DNA from: Chloroflexota bacterium | GTDB taxonomy: Bacteria > Chloroflexota > Dehalococcoidia > Bin125 | DNA length: 64,000 nucleotides | NCBI GenBank assembly: GCA_028874365.1 | Contig: JAPPJZ010000082.1 | Span: forward strand, 18,154 to 82,153 | Direction: 5' to 3' | Part shown: piece after piece, positions 30,373 through 40,727 of the stretch | How positions within the stretch are numbered: position 1 is the stretch's first letter | Layout of the letters: each line of letters begins with the position of its first letter | Position numbers and translations under genes: made by a program | Notes under the pieces: model-generated | What the model was told of the DNA's origin: nothing | What the model saw: the letters and a program-made list of their open reading frames with translations, nothing else | The model's database searches: none

Positions 30373-32133
30373 CTAGCTACTCAGCACGACATCCTGGAGT
30401 TTGACGAGTCCGTCGCTGACCAGGTTCACATTGGTCACGTTGGGCGTGTAGGCCATGATCAATGGGCTGTAGCCCCAGACAATCAGGCCGCCATCGTTCC
30501 ACTCGATCTCCTGAGCACGGAGCAGTGACTCGGCGCGCTCGGCATCGTCGACGGTGCTCTGCGACTCGTTCAGCGCCGCATCGAACTCCGGAGTGGCGAA
30601 CGCCGTGACGTTGAAGACCGCGGCACTGCCAACGAACGTGGGCAAGTGCACGGCTGCCGGCCGATTGACGAAGTACATGGTCTGCAGAGGCGTCGACAGG
30701 ACCCTGGCGAAGTCGCTGAAGAATGCGTCGGCGGGAACCTCTTCGATCGTGAGCGTGACGCCGGCCTCGGCAAGCTGGGACACCAGTAGCTCCGCCGACG
30801 AGACGAGGCCCGGCACGACCTCCGATGCGACGATATCCAGTTCGCTCACTCCGGCGGCGCTAAAGAGCTCAGCCGCGCGTGCAAGATCGCGGCTTCGCTG
30901 CGGCAAGGCGTCGTGATAACCGGCCAAACCAAGTCCAACCAGGTCATTGCCGAGCTCGCCTTGCCCGAGCAGCACGCCTCCCAGCAATGCCTGTCGATCG
31001 ATCGCAAGCCGCATCGCCTCGCGGAGGCGAGCGTCATTGAATGGCGGAATCGAGGTGTTCATGGCGAAGCACAACGCCGTGCCGCCCAGGGTTGAGCGTT
31101 CGACCACGATGTCCTCGTTGTCTTGCTCGGCCAAGGCGATCGTCGGCGTCAGCCCCCGGGCGAAGTCGATTTCACCCGACTTGAGCGCATTGATTCGTGC
31201 ATTGGGGTCGGTGATCGGAATCGTGATGACCCGGTCCAGGGCAGCCGGCTCTCCCCACCAATCGTCGTTGCGGATCAGCTCGACGCCGTCGGCCCCGTCG
31301 TTCGAGACGACCCGGAAGGGTCCCGAGCCGTTGGGTAGCGCCAGATCGGTGATTCCTTCAGGCACGATCGGCGCGTAGAGCGCCAACGAGGCGTCGAGAA
31401 AGTCGGCGCGTGGCCGCAAGAGCGGCAACTCGAGCGTCAGGTCGTCGATCGCGACCATGTTTGCGTAGTCCACGTCGGCCCACTGTCCCGCGAAGTACGG
31501 GCTCGTCTCCCAGTCGCCCAGGAAGCCGATCGAAAACGCCACATCCTGTGCGGTGAGCCGTGTCCCGTCGTGAAAGCGAACGCCGGGACGCAGCTTGATC
31601 GTCCACGCCGTGGCGTCCTCGTTCGGCGTCATGCTCTCTGCGACCCCCGGCTCGATACCCTTCGGTCCTTGCAACGCGAGGAAGTCGAACGCGGCCGCCA
31701 TCGAGTGATACGCGAGCCCCGAGCGAATGTCGCGCGGGTCGATCGCGCTGCCGCTGCCGCCCAGAGCGGAGAAGCGCAGCGTGCCGCCGGTCGTCTCGGC
31801 GACCATCGCCTGCTGCTCTTCCTCCTGTTGGGCCGGAGCGGCCTCTTGCTGTGGCTCCGCAGCCTGCTGTTGAGCGGTCGCTTGCTGTTGCTCTTGCTGC
31901 TCTGCCGCCTCCGCGACAGCCTGCTCCTGTTGCGGCTGCGCCTCTTGCTGGCTGGCAGCTTGCTGTTCCACCTGCTCCTGTTGCTGCTGAGCAGCCGCAG
32001 ACGAGGGCGCAGGCTGGTCGTCGTCATCGTCGCCGCAGCCGACGAGCGCAAGCGCCGTCGCGCCGACACCGGCTGACGCAGCGGCACGCAGAAACACGCG
32101 CCGCGAAACGCGGAGGTTGGAAAACGGGGTCAA
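30373..32133 (-). CDS. Family-5 solute-binding Tat lipoprotein with Gln-rich linker
   Basis: SRRVFL Tat motif, LVGC lipobox, poly-D then Q/A/E linker, FHDG. Confidence 0.92.
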   Translation of the reverse strand: MTPFSNLRVSRRVFLRAAASAGVGATALALVGCGDDDDDQPAPSSAAAQQQQEQVEQQAASQQEAQPQQEQAVAEAAEQQEQQQATAQQQAAEPQQEAAPAQQEEEQQAMVAETTGGTLRFSALGGSGSAIDPRDIRSGLAYHSMAAAFDFLALQGPKGIEPGVAESMTPNEDATAWTIKLRPGVRFHDGTRLTAQDVAFSIGFLGDWETSPYFAGQWADVDYANMVAIDDLTLELPLLRPRADFLDASLALYAPIVPEGITDLALPNGSGPFRVVSNDGADGVELIRNDDWWGEPAALDRVITIPITDPNARINALKSGEIDFARGLTPTIALAEQDNEDIVVERSTLGGTALCFAMNTSIPPFNDARLREAMRLAIDRQALLGGVLLGQGELGNDLVGLGLAGYHDALPQRSRDLARAAELFSAAGVSELDIVASEVVPGLVSSAELLVSQLAEAGVTLTIEEVPADAFFSDFARVLSTPLQTMYFVNRPAAVHLPTFVGSAAVFNVTAFATPEFDAALNESQSTVDDAERAESLLRAQEIEWNDGGLIVWGYSPLIMAYTPNVTNVNLVSDGLVKLQDVVLSS

Positions 32134-32174
32134 AGGGGTGGGCCAATCCAGAGGGCTTGTCCGATGAGGGTAGG

Positions 32175-32198
32175 TTTTTCTGCAACTACTGAAAGTAA
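32175..32198. promoter_or_regulatory. Candidate repressor operator, copy 2
   Basis: Minus strand reads TTACTTTCAGTAGTTGCAGAAAAA, about 40 bp upstream of the SBP start. Confidence 0.55.
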
Positions 32199-32420
32199 CA
32201 GAGGCTACAGAGGCCGGATTGGCCGGACAATGGTCGACCGGTTCTCGGATCCGGCCACGAGCAATCCGGCCCGGACGTACATGAGGCCCATCTCCTGACC
32301 TTCCGTCACGCCATCGGTCTCGTCGACACCGCTCAACCGTGTCCGCTCGTGACTACGCCTACTGCAAACAGCGTCAGCGGCGAGACGCAGCGACCACCGC
32401 GTCGACAACGCGGAGAACAC

Positions 32421-32479
32421 AGCTCGCAATTCAGAATTCACTACGTGATGGTGGGCCATCGTGTACCAAACTGCGAACT
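32421..32479 (+). repeat. att-like boundary motif copy B, with partial inverted left arm
   Basis: AGCTCGCAATTCAG...TGGTGGGCCATCGTGTACCAAACTGCGAACT; right arm 24/29 identical to 53263-53291. Confidence 0.75.
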
Positions 32480-32808
32480 CTCTTTTGGGAGATCGCGCTG
32501 TAGGCGTCAGCTCAGAACTTCGTGAGCTCACCAATCTTCGCTAGGTTCCAGTCCGCTCATTTGGGCTGTGTGTGTCCCAACGGCCGGTCCGCGAGGCGTT
32601 CAGGCACGCCCGAATGTGAAGGGCGGCATGAGCGCGCTCTCTGACCTCGGTCGGCCTCTTGCCCAGTCCTAACGGATACATCACACGGGTGGGACCGAGG
32701 TGATGTCGGCAGTACCACTTTCCCTCATGACAGGCGCTAGCGGCCGCGATCGGCCGGAACGCGTTGGAGCCGGAGCTAACCGTGGGCAGAGATGCCGCAC
32801 AGACTACC

Positions 32809-32843
32809 AATGCAAGTCCAATCTCAGATGCCTACCTTGCATT
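32809..32843. promoter_or_regulatory. Inverted repeat upstream of SBP gene (candidate operator)
   Basis: AATGCAAG-N19-CTTGCATT. Confidence 0.35.
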
Positions 32844-32896
32844 CACATACGAGTGGCGAGCCCGTTTCCGCTGGGTGCTCTGCCTGGAGAACAACC

Positions 32897-34915
32897 ATGA
32901 CTGAGAGAAACCACTGGACGCAACTCTCGCGCAGACACCTGACGCGCCGAGCACTGCTTCGCGGCAGCGCTCGCGCTGGCGTCGGCGCTGCCGGTCTGGC
33001 CCTGGTGGGCTGTGGAGGCGACGATGACGACGTCCAGCAGCAAGCTGTCACGCAGGTCCAGCAACAGGACCAACAACAGCAGCAGGCCATACAAGAGCAG
33101 CAACAACAAGCCGCGCAGCAACAACAGGCCCAGCAGCAACAAGCGGCGCAGCAGCAGGCCACGCAACAGCAACAGGAACAGCGAGCTCAGCAGCAGGCCC
33201 AGCAGATCGAGGCGCAGGAGCAGACCCAGCAGGATCAGGCCGAGCAGCAGGCCGCGGTCTCCCGCTATGACAAAGCTCCCGTCGACGGCGGTACGATCGT
33301 GGATATCACGGCCGTCATCTTCGATTCCGCCGACGCCAGCCAGAGCGTGTCCAGCGAGGTCTTGCGGGTGCTCGGACGGATTCAATCGAAGCTGCTGCGA
33401 TTCTCGAATCCGGACTCGGGCGAACTCGCCGCTGATCTCGCCTCCGGATGGGAGGTGCCGGACGGCCAGACCGTCGTGTTGCAGCTGCGCGAGGGCGTGA
33501 GCTGGCACGCCGAGGGGCCCGGCGCGGACCACCCTGCTTCTACAGCGGGGCGCACGCTGACCGCCGAGGACCTCGCGTGGAACATCGAACGGCAAAAGTC
33601 CGGCCTGTTGCAGGACGGCACGGAAGGCGCGTTCGGCCGCAAGGGCTACTGGAGCAACGTTGCCTCGATCGATATCGATGCCGGCGCAATGACGCTCAAC
33701 CTGACTGCTCCGAATGCAGCATTCCTCCAGGGTCTCGCCAACGAGTTCAACCTCATGGGTCAGCCCGAACTCCTGATTGACATCGAACCGGATGCCGTCA
33801 ATGTCTCCGCCGACAAGGTGATCGGGACCGGACCCTATATCCTCACCGAGTGGCTGCCCGGCGAAAGCATTTCCGCCGTACGCAACCCCGACTACCACAG
33901 CCCCGGCCCGCGGGCGCACAACTGGGTCTGGAACCAGTCCTTCGAGGATCCCACGGCCTACCGGATCGCCTTCGAGCAGAAGCAGGTCGACTCGATGCTG
34001 ACCGGGGGCGCAGAACTGCTCCAGTCGATCCAGGCTGAGAACCCTGATTCGACCTTCCTCACCTACAAAGGCAGCGCCTTCCCGATTGCCGCCTACGTCA
34101 ACCCAATCTTCGAACCCTGGAACGACCCGCGCATGGTGAAGGCGATCGACATCGCCATCGATCGGCGTGCGCTCATCCAGCAACTCGCGCAAGGGCTGGG
34201 GAAGGCCAGCGGACCCGTGCCGTGGGTGCAGGAGGCCTGGGCGATTCCGCAGGAAGAACTCGCCGAATTCGCGGCCTACAGTCTCGATCGCGAGGCGGCC
34301 CTGCAAGAGGCCAACGCACTCTGGAGTGCGGCCGGCGGTGCGGAGGCAGGCCAGATCGACTGGGTCAATTCCGATGCCTATGAGGCCACGCGGCCGGGCT
34401 CGACGGAGGCCGTCGCCGAGATGTTCAATCAGGCGTTCGGCACCGACCAGTTCCAAGGCGTCACCCAATCGTATGGTGAGATCTTCCCAGCCTGGTTCGA
34501 AAAGACGTTCACCACGTTCTTCTCGTGGATTCCAAACTTGACGGTCCCGGACGCACGAGCGGACCTGGCCGCAGCGTTCAAGACCGACGCGGCGGGCAAC
34601 TACTGGGGCATCAGTGAGCCAGACGAGATCGATGCCAAGCTCGACGCCGCAACGCAGGAGTTCGACTTCGAAAAGGCGAACGCGCTTGTGCGTGAAGTCC
34701 AAGACTTCATCATCGAGAACGGTCAGTTCGGCCGTCACATCATCTACAACGCCGTCGAGCCGACGGTCGCGTGGAACTACCTGCACCCCGCGCTGAAGTC
34801 GGAGACCGAGGGCTACACCTTCGAGTCGGAGAGCCTGCAGGCCCTCGACTCATGGATCGACCCGGACGATCCGAGCATCGAAGGCCGCGCGGAGCCGGAG
34901 CCGCGACCGCTCTAG
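32897..34915 (+). CDS. Family-5 solute-binding Tat lipoprotein with long Gln-rich linker
   Basis: GGAG RBS; TRRALL, LVGC, Q-rich tract, GTGPY. Confidence 0.92.
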   Translation: MTERNHWTQLSRRHLTRRALLRGSARAGVGAAGLALVGCGGDDDDVQQQAVTQVQQQDQQQQQAIQEQQQQAAQQQQAQQQQAAQQQATQQQQEQRAQQQAQQIEAQEQTQQDQAEQQAAVSRYDKAPVDGGTIVDITAVIFDSADASQSVSSEVLRVLGRIQSKLLRFSNPDSGELAADLASGWEVPDGQTVVLQLREGVSWHAEGPGADHPASTAGRTLTAEDLAWNIERQKSGLLQDGTEGAFGRKGYWSNVASIDIDAGAMTLNLTAPNAAFLQGLANEFNLMGQPELLIDIEPDAVNVSADKVIGTGPYILTEWLPGESISAVRNPDYHSPGPRAHNWVWNQSFEDPTAYRIAFEQKQVDSMLTGGAELLQSIQAENPDSTFLTYKGSAFPIAAYVNPIFEPWNDPRMVKAIDIAIDRRALIQQLAQGLGKASGPVPWVQEAWAIPQEELAEFAAYSLDREAALQEANALWSAAGGAEAGQIDWVNSDAYEATRPGSTEAVAEMFNQAFGTDQFQGVTQSYGEIFPAWFEKTFTTFFSWIPNLTVPDARADLAAAFKTDAAGNYWGISEPDEIDAKLDAATQEFDFEKANALVREVQDFIIENGQFGRHIIYNAVEPTVAWNYLHPALKSETEGYTFESESLQALDSWIDPDDPSIEGRAEPEPRPL

Positions 34916-34947
34916 AAGCCGACGAGGCACGCGAGGAGTTCACTTAA

Positions 34948-34983
34948 GGGCCGGGACGCGAAGCATGGGCTTCCGCCCGGCCC
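34948..34983 (+). other. Intercistronic GC-rich stem-loop after the SBP gene
   Basis: GGGCCGGG...GAAGC-ATGG-GCTTC...CCCGGCCC with no U-tract. Confidence 0.5.
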
Positions 34984-35018
34984 CGCTCGTCTCTCGATAG
35001 GAAACCGCCAACGGACCA

Positions 35019-35978
35019 GTGCAGCAATACATCGTTCGCCGCGCGATTCTGAACATCTTCGTCCTGTGGATCGTCGCGACGCTGGTGTTCTTCGCCGTGC
35101 ACGTCCTGCCCGGCAATTTCGCGTCCCAGCAGTTTGCCAGCGCGAACCTGGGCAGCGTGAGCCCCGAGGCGATCGCACGGGCCGAGGCGGTCCTTGGCCT
35201 CGACAGGCCCGTGTTCGAGCAATACGGCACATTCCTCTGGGATCTGGTGCGGTTCGACCTCGGCGAGTCGTTCCGCTCCAAGCGCTCCGTCTGGAACGAG
35301 CTCGGCCGCGCCGTGCCTTACTCCATTGAGCTCGGTGTCCTGATCGTCCTGGTCGGATTCACGATCGCCATCCCGGTCGGCATCATCAGCGCCGTCAAAC
35401 AGGATCAGTTACCTGACTATGTCCTACGCGGCGGCGCGATCTTTGCCCTCGCGGCGCCGGTCTTTTGGACCGCCTCGATCGCCGTGATCCTTGTCTTGCA
35501 GTGGGACCTCTTCAAGATCGATGTTGACGGCCAGCCCCATCTATGGGAGAACCCGAAATCAGCCCTCCAGTGGTATCTGATCCCGATGTTCGCCGGCGGG
35601 ATCGCGGGCACGGCGACGACCATGCGCCTACTGCGTTCGCAGATGCTCGAAGTGCTGCGGGCGGACTACGTGGTCACGGCCCGCGCAAAGGGGCTGCCCG
35701 AGCGCACAATCGTCATGCGCCACGTGCTGCGCAACGCCTGGTTGCCAGTGCTGACGGTCATGGGCCTAACGGTGGCCACGATCATCGGCAGCCAGATCGT
35801 GCTCGAGCAGATGTTCAACGTCCCCGGTGTGGGCCGACTGCTCTTCCAGGCCATCACGCTGCGGGACACGCCGCTGCTCGAAGGCCTCGTCCTGGTCGTG
35901 GCCTTTGTCGTGGTCTTCACCAACCTCTTCGTCGACCTCCTCTATGGGCTGTTCGATCCGCGTGTGAGACTCGCGTGA
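35019..35978 (+). CDS. ABC permease (DppB-like)
   Basis: DLGES, DYVVTARAKGL, DPRVR. Confidence 0.93.
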   Translation: MQQYIVRRAILNIFVLWIVATLVFFAVHVLPGNFASQQFASANLGSVSPEAIARAEAVLGLDRPVFEQYGTFLWDLVRFDLGESFRSKRSVWNELGRAVPYSIELGVLIVLVGFTIAIPVGIISAVKQDQLPDYVLRGGAIFALAAPVFWTASIAVILVLQWDLFKIDVDGQPHLWENPKSALQWYLIPMFAGGIAGTATTMRLLRSQMLEVLRADYVVTARAKGLPERTIVMRHVLRNAWLPVLTVMGLTVATIIGSQIVLEQMFNVPGVGRLLFQAITLRDTPLLEGLVLVVAFVVVFTNLFVDLLYGLFDPRVRLA

Positions 35979-36958
35979 CACCTCCCGACGCCTCCACCGC
36001 TCTGCCGTTCAGGGATCGCACCTCGCCGCTGACGCGCGTGACGAGCGCAGCCTTCGCGCTGGGGCGCTTCTTACGTCAGAAGAAACTCGGCGGCTTCGGC
36101 CTCGTCATCGTTCTCGGCTTCAGCGTGCTGGCCCTGTTCGCCGGAGCGCTGGGCCGCTACGACTCGACGTTCGTCTTCGATACAGAGAATCCCAACTTTA
36201 AGGCCGACCCGACGGTCGCGGAGCTGGCCGAGGATCCGGACATCGGCTCACCGCGTGTGGTGGCGCAGTTCCAGGCGCCGAGCGGCGACCACTGGTTCGG
36301 CACCGACAGGTTCGGGCGCGACATCTACGCGCGCGTGATTCACGGCGCCAAGCTCGCGATGATCATCGGCTTCGGCGCCTCGCTGATTGCCGTCGCCGCT
36401 GGCCTCATCATCGGGGTCATCTCCGCGTACTATCTGGGTTGGATCGACCTGATCTTGCAGCGTGTGATGGACGCGATCTATGCGTTCCCGTTCCTGATCT
36501 TGATCCTGCTGCTCGTGCAGATCTCGGAGCCGTCCACAAGAAACGTCGTGTTCGCCCTCGGATTCGGCGGAATCCCCTTCGCCGCGCGCCTGATTCGATC
36601 CGCGGTGCTCGCCGAACGCGGATCGGAGTACGTCCAGGCAGCCCGCGTGATCGGCGCCTCCGATTTCCGCATCATGCTGCAGCACGTGCTGCCCAACATT
36701 GGTGCGGTGTTGATCATCACCTTCTCGATCGGCATCGGGGCCTACATCCTGGCCGAGGCGACCGTCTCGTTCCTGGGCGCGGGGCCGCGCAACGAGATCT
36801 CCTGGGGCAGGATGGTGTCTTCCGGACGCGGTGCGCTGGACATTCATCCGTGGGAGAGCGTCTTCGCCGGTGGCGCGATCACGCTCCTGGTGATGGCCTT
36901 CAACCTGTTGGGCGATGCGTTACGCGATGTCCTGGACCCCCGCCTGCGCGGCGTCTGA
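35975..36958 (+). CDS. ABC permease (DppC-like)
   Basis: GTGA coupling; HWFGTDRFGRD, HVLPN, GDALRDVLDPR. Confidence 0.92.
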   Translation: MTPPDASTALPFRDRTSPLTRVTSAAFALGRFLRQKKLGGFGLVIVLGFSVLALFAGALGRYDSTFVFDTENPNFKADPTVAELAEDPDIGSPRVVAQFQAPSGDHWFGTDRFGRDIYARVIHGAKLAMIIGFGASLIAVAAGLIIGVISAYYLGWIDLILQRVMDAIYAFPFLILILLLVQISEPSTRNVVFALGFGGIPFAARLIRSAVLAERGSEYVQAARVIGASDFRIMLQHVLPNIGAVLIITFSIGIGAYILAEATVSFLGAGPRNEISWGRMVSSGRGALDIHPWESVFAGGAITLLVMAFNLLGDALRDVLDPRLRGV

Positions 36959-36970
36959 TTCCGGTTCGCG

Positions 36971-37861
36971 TCAGCCCGGCGGCAGAGAAGCGTGCCACTC
37001 GGCGATAGCCTGACCAATCGCGCCGGGAGAATCCTCCTGCAGGTAATGCAATCCGGGAACAGACACTTCCTGTTGGTTGGGCCAAGCTCGGCAGAACTCG
37101 CGTTGGGAGCCGGTCAAAATCGATCCCGGCTCTCCGTTGATGAACAACTTGGCCACGTCGCTCCCCTCCAGCCAACGGGAGTACTCATCGACGATTTCCG
37201 CGACGTCGGCAGGCTCACCTTCGAAGGGAATCTCCCTCGGCCAGGTGAGCGTCGGGCGTCGGGATTCACCACGCTCGGAGTAGGGACGCCGGTAGACGGA
37301 CATCTCCTCATCGCTCGGATCTCGAAGCATGCCCGCGGGCAGGATGAACTCCACGAATGCGTTCTGCTCGAGCACCATTGCATCACCGGCCGGCGAGCGC
37401 AGGCCCTGGAAGAGCTCACGCGCGCCCTGGGGCCAGGCGTCCCAGGTCAGTGGCCGGACCAGCGCTTCCATGTACGCCAGCCCCGTGACCCGTTCCTGGT
37501 TCCGGTAGGCCCAGTGGAACCCCAGAGCGGAACCCCAATCGTGCACCACCAGCGTCACATCGTCGCCCAGGTCCACCGACTCGAACCAGGCGTCGAGGAA
37601 CCGCCGGTGATCGACGAAACGGTACGAGCCGTCAGGCGCTTTGCCCGAGTCACCCATCCCCACGAGGTCCGGGGCCAGGCAGCGGGCCGAGCCGGACAGA
37701 TGGGGAATGATGTTGCGCCACAAGTATGAAGACGTCGGATTTCCGTGCAGGAATACCACGGGAGGGCCATCGCCGGTGTCCACATAGGAGATTTCGGTTC
37801 CCTCAACGGAAACTCGCTTCCGCGGGTGGGAGTCAGCGGCTGAGATTGTGTCGTCGCTCAA
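36971..37861 (-). CDS. dhaA: Haloalkane dehalogenase (HLD-II, DhaA/LinB-like)
   Basis: HGNPTSSYLWRN, HDWG, YME, WPREIP, GLHYLQED. Confidence 0.93.
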   Translation of the reverse strand: MSDDTISAADSHPRKRVSVEGTEISYVDTGDGPPVVFLHGNPTSSYLWRNIIPHLSGSARCLAPDLVGMGDSGKAPDGSYRFVDHRRFLDAWFESVDLGDDVTLVVHDWGSALGFHWAYRNQERVTGLAYMEALVRPLTWDAWPQGARELFQGLRSPAGDAMVLEQNAFVEFILPAGMLRDPSDEEMSVYRRPYSERGESRRPTLTWPREIPFEGEPADVAEIVDEYSRWLEGSDVAKLFINGEPGSILTGSQREFCRAWPNQQEVSVPGLHYLQEDSPGAIGQAIAEWHASLPPG

Positions 37862-37938
37862 GGTTGGCCTCCATGTTCGTCCGAAGGTTGCTGATGTGAG
37901 ATAGGCGCGACGGCACCAATCGAGGTCGGCGCCGTGTG

Positions 37939-38820
37939 CTAGTCCAACACCTCGCCGGCGAGTTCCGCCATCTCTTCGAGCGCGCCACCTTCGGTGTCAC
38001 TTCTCAACCAGATCGTCGCCCGGTCTGCCCCAGCCTCAGCCAGTGCCTCGATCGCTTCCCGAGTCCGGTACTGGCGAGGACCGCCGAAAGCCAGGACCTG
38101 GATCGATGCCGGGTCCCGGCCGGCTGCCTCAGCCAGATCGTTCAGTTCCTTACGGCCCCGTTCGATTTCTTCCCGATCGACGAAGTTGGCGTGGTCCTTG
38201 GACACGATGGTGGCAGCCCGGGCGGGCATCCAGCCGTCGCCGTATTCGACGACTCGCTTGAGCACATTCTTCGCCGTACCGCCCAGAAACACTGGCGGGT
38301 ACGGCTTCTGGGCTGGCTTGGGGAACAGCTTGACCGGCGGGAAATCGTAGTAGGTTCCGTGGTACTCCGCCTCGTCCTGGGTCCACAGCTGCTTCATCGC
38401 CAGCATTGCATCTCGGGTCTGGGTCCAGCGGTGGTCGTAGTCGGCCCCCATGATCTCCTGCTGCTCACGGAGTCCGCCGGCACCGATGCCGAAGATGAAT
38501 CGGCCGCGCGAGAACTGATCCAGGCTCGCCACCTTCTTCGCTAGGTGAAACGGGTTGTGTTCCGGTACCAGGCAGACCCCGGTACCGATCTTGATCCTGG
38601 TCGTGACGGCCGAGGCCCGGGACAACGCCACGAACGGGTCCGTCGCCGAGCTCGTGTCCACCCCGCTTATCGTGTCTGTCGGGAATTCCTGTTTCGCCTC
38701 AACAGGGATGATCGGAAGCTCCGGCACCCAGAACGACTCGAATCCAAGCTCCTCGGCCCGCTTCGCCAACACGGCCGGATCTATCGACGCGCTAGACCAT
38801 GTGAAGATGCCGACATCCAT
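37939..38820 (-). CDS. LLM-class (putatively F420-dependent) oxidoreductase
   Basis: AEELGFESFW, DPFVAL, LAKKVASLD, PKPAQKP, GDGW. Confidence 0.9.
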   Translation of the reverse strand: MDVGIFTWSSASIDPAVLAKRAEELGFESFWVPELPIIPVEAKQEFPTDTISGVDTSSATDPFVALSRASAVTTRIKIGTGVCLVPEHNPFHLAKKVASLDQFSRGRFIFGIGAGGLREQQEIMGADYDHRWTQTRDAMLAMKQLWTQDEAEYHGTYYDFPPVKLFPKPAQKPYPPVFLGGTAKNVLKRVVEYGDGWMPARAATIVSKDHANFVDREEIERGRKELNDLAEAAGRDPASIQVLAFGGPRQYRTREAIEALAEAGADRATIWLRSDTEGGALEEMAELAGEVLD

Positions 38821-39009
38821 GGTGCTCTCCCAACGGCGTCGAGTGTCCCAACGTTGGTTCGCAAGCTAGCACTTGGGACATCCTCGCTGCGACCTGAACG
38901 CCGCAGCGCGAACGGTCGGCGAGACGGCAATCGCAGCGTCGGTCAACTAGACTTCCGCTCCGGCGAGGAGTTCTCTGTCAGTCCGGTACCGCAGTGATTG
39001 GAAGCCTTC

Positions 39010-40164
39010 GTGACGAGCAGCACTGAGCTGGTCGCGTCCACCCGCGATCTGCGAGGCACAATCGACGCCGGCCGCGCCTGGGCCGACGAACATGCCCGCA
39101 TGGCGCCGGAGGTGGTACGGGGACTCCGCGAGGCGGGGGTGTTCACCATGATCGCACCGCGCGAGGTCGGCGGCGCTGAAGTGGCATTCGCCGAGGGGAT
39201 CGCGGTCTTCGAGGAACTGGGTTACTCCGACCCCAGCGCGGCGTGGCACGTCGCCAACTCGGCCTCCCTATGCAGTGCGGCCGCGGGCCTGGAGGCGGAC
39301 GTCCGCGATCCGATTTTCGCTGGAGAGCCCGGCCCGTATGGCTTTGCCGGTGTCACGACCGTCCATGGGGAGCCGGTCGCGGGGGGATATCGCGTCAGCG
39401 GACGCGCTCCGTTCATGACCGGCGTGAATGACGCGCCCTGGGCGCTCTTCCACGGTGATGTCCACGAGAACAGGGCGGTCCGGAAGTTGGGCGGGATGGC
39501 CAATACTCGCCAGTTCATCCTGCCGGCCTCGGATTTCACCGTGGAATCCACATGGGGAGCCGCCCGGGCGATGCGCGGGACCGGCAGCGATGCCGCAACA
39601 GTGACGGATGCCTTCGTGCCGGAAGGCCTCGCGCGGCCAGTGATCAATCCGGCCGTGGTCATCGATCGCCCGATCTTCCGGATACCGGTGCTCGCGCACA
39701 TGGGCCCGCCTGCGTCCGCCGCCATACTCGTGGGGATCGCCCGACGAGCAACCGACGAGACGGCCACGCGCCTCGCCGCGCGAACGTCCGGTTCGATCAT
39801 CGCGCGCGACCGGGTCAGCTTTCACCAGCGCCTGGGCGAAGCGACCGCAGCCGTCGATGTCTACAGCGCTGGTCTCCAGGCGATGGCAGAGTCAGTCCGG
39901 GCGGACGCCCAGAGGGGGGAGCTAAGCCAGGCGGCGCAGGCGCGCATGTACGCCACGTCGCTCTGGGTTATGGATCAGACGCGAGCTTTGCTCAGCGACC
40001 TCCTCCTGCTCATGGGAAGCGCCTTCTACGCGAGTGCGAACCCCGTCGAAGCTGGTCTGCGGGATGCCCACGCGATCTGCGCTTCGCTGGAGAAATGGCG
40101 GGGGCTGCAAGAGGGCGCAGGCCGCGTGCGGTTGGGACTCGATCCGCAACTGCCGTCCTTCTAG
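39010..40164 (+). CDS. Acyl-CoA-dehydrogenase-fold flavin monooxygenase (HsaA-like)
   Basis: PREVGG, SAAW, TWxxxxxMRGTGS, FVPE, LRDAH. Confidence 0.85.
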   Translation: MTSSTELVASTRDLRGTIDAGRAWADEHARMAPEVVRGLREAGVFTMIAPREVGGAEVAFAEGIAVFEELGYSDPSAAWHVANSASLCSAAAGLEADVRDPIFAGEPGPYGFAGVTTVHGEPVAGGYRVSGRAPFMTGVNDAPWALFHGDVHENRAVRKLGGMANTRQFILPASDFTVESTWGAARAMRGTGSDAATVTDAFVPEGLARPVINPAVVIDRPIFRIPVLAHMGPPASAAILVGIARRATDETATRLAARTSGSIIARDRVSFHQRLGEATAAVDVYSAGLQAMAESVRADAQRGELSQAAQARMYATSLWVMDQTRALLSDLLLLMGSAFYASANPVEAGLRDAHAICASLEKWRGLQEGAGRVRLGLDPQLPSF

Positions 40165-40522
40165 ACGCCGAGGTACGCCGTTAGTTGGTGCTTCGATTGG
40201 TCTGAGGTTGGCTCCGTCCTCAGCTTGTGAATGTGTGAGCGAAGGAAACCGGTCGTGCTCGACGGGAGTTTCGCCTTGGTCATCCAGTCTCACCAAGCGC
40301 CCGCGGGTAACCAGGCAATCTGCTCTCAAGCAATGCCTGCAACGACGACTGGCGGCGAACTCAGGCCTTCATTTCCGCCAACAGCTAACCCTCACTTCAC
40401 CTCTCGGGCAGATTCGGCACAGCTACATCAAACGGCTCCACGGTTGGCGGTCGCGCCCCGGGATCTCACCAATAGGTCCAGCGGGAGCGTCAACTCAAGG
40501 GTTCTTGCCCTTAGGAAGTTTA

Positions 40523-40546
40523 GTGGGCCTGGCGATACCATCGTGC
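40523..40546 (+). repeat. Weak copy C of the att-like motif
   Basis: GTGGGC-N4-CG-N-TACC-N4-TGC in register with copy D. Confidence 0.25.
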
Positions 40547-40727
40547 CCTCGTGATGCGGACCTCTACCTCAGATACGAGTCATCAGAGAGGCAATCCGAT
40601 GCCTCGCCGTCCAATGCTGCCGACCGCTCGTCGCGTGTGGCACGCCTCGCTCCTCTTGCGGGCCACCACCCTCCCTACGTCCCAATTGTTCACTGTTTCG
40701 GCAGCCCTCTGCGCAGGCTGCTCAGGG

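Noticed and set aside
32212-32271. Nested GGCCGGA/TCCGGCC hairpin as riboswitch or REP
   Set aside because: GC-rich, no riboswitch consensus recognised, no second copy in the window.
32843-34786. 647-aa antisense ORF and similar long shadow ORFs (10012-11526, 18716-19793, 1050-2003)
   Set aside because: Antisense to well-supported genes; expected in high-GC DNA; no motifs.
38844-38880. TGTCCCAA...TTGGGACA inverted repeat between divergent genes
   Set aside because: Single instance; cannot tell operator from chance hairpin.
40165-40727. ORFs in the gap after the monooxygenase, and in 52200-52640
   Set aside because: No motifs or coding-like composition; probably decayed DNA; no transposase or integrase remnant recognised.
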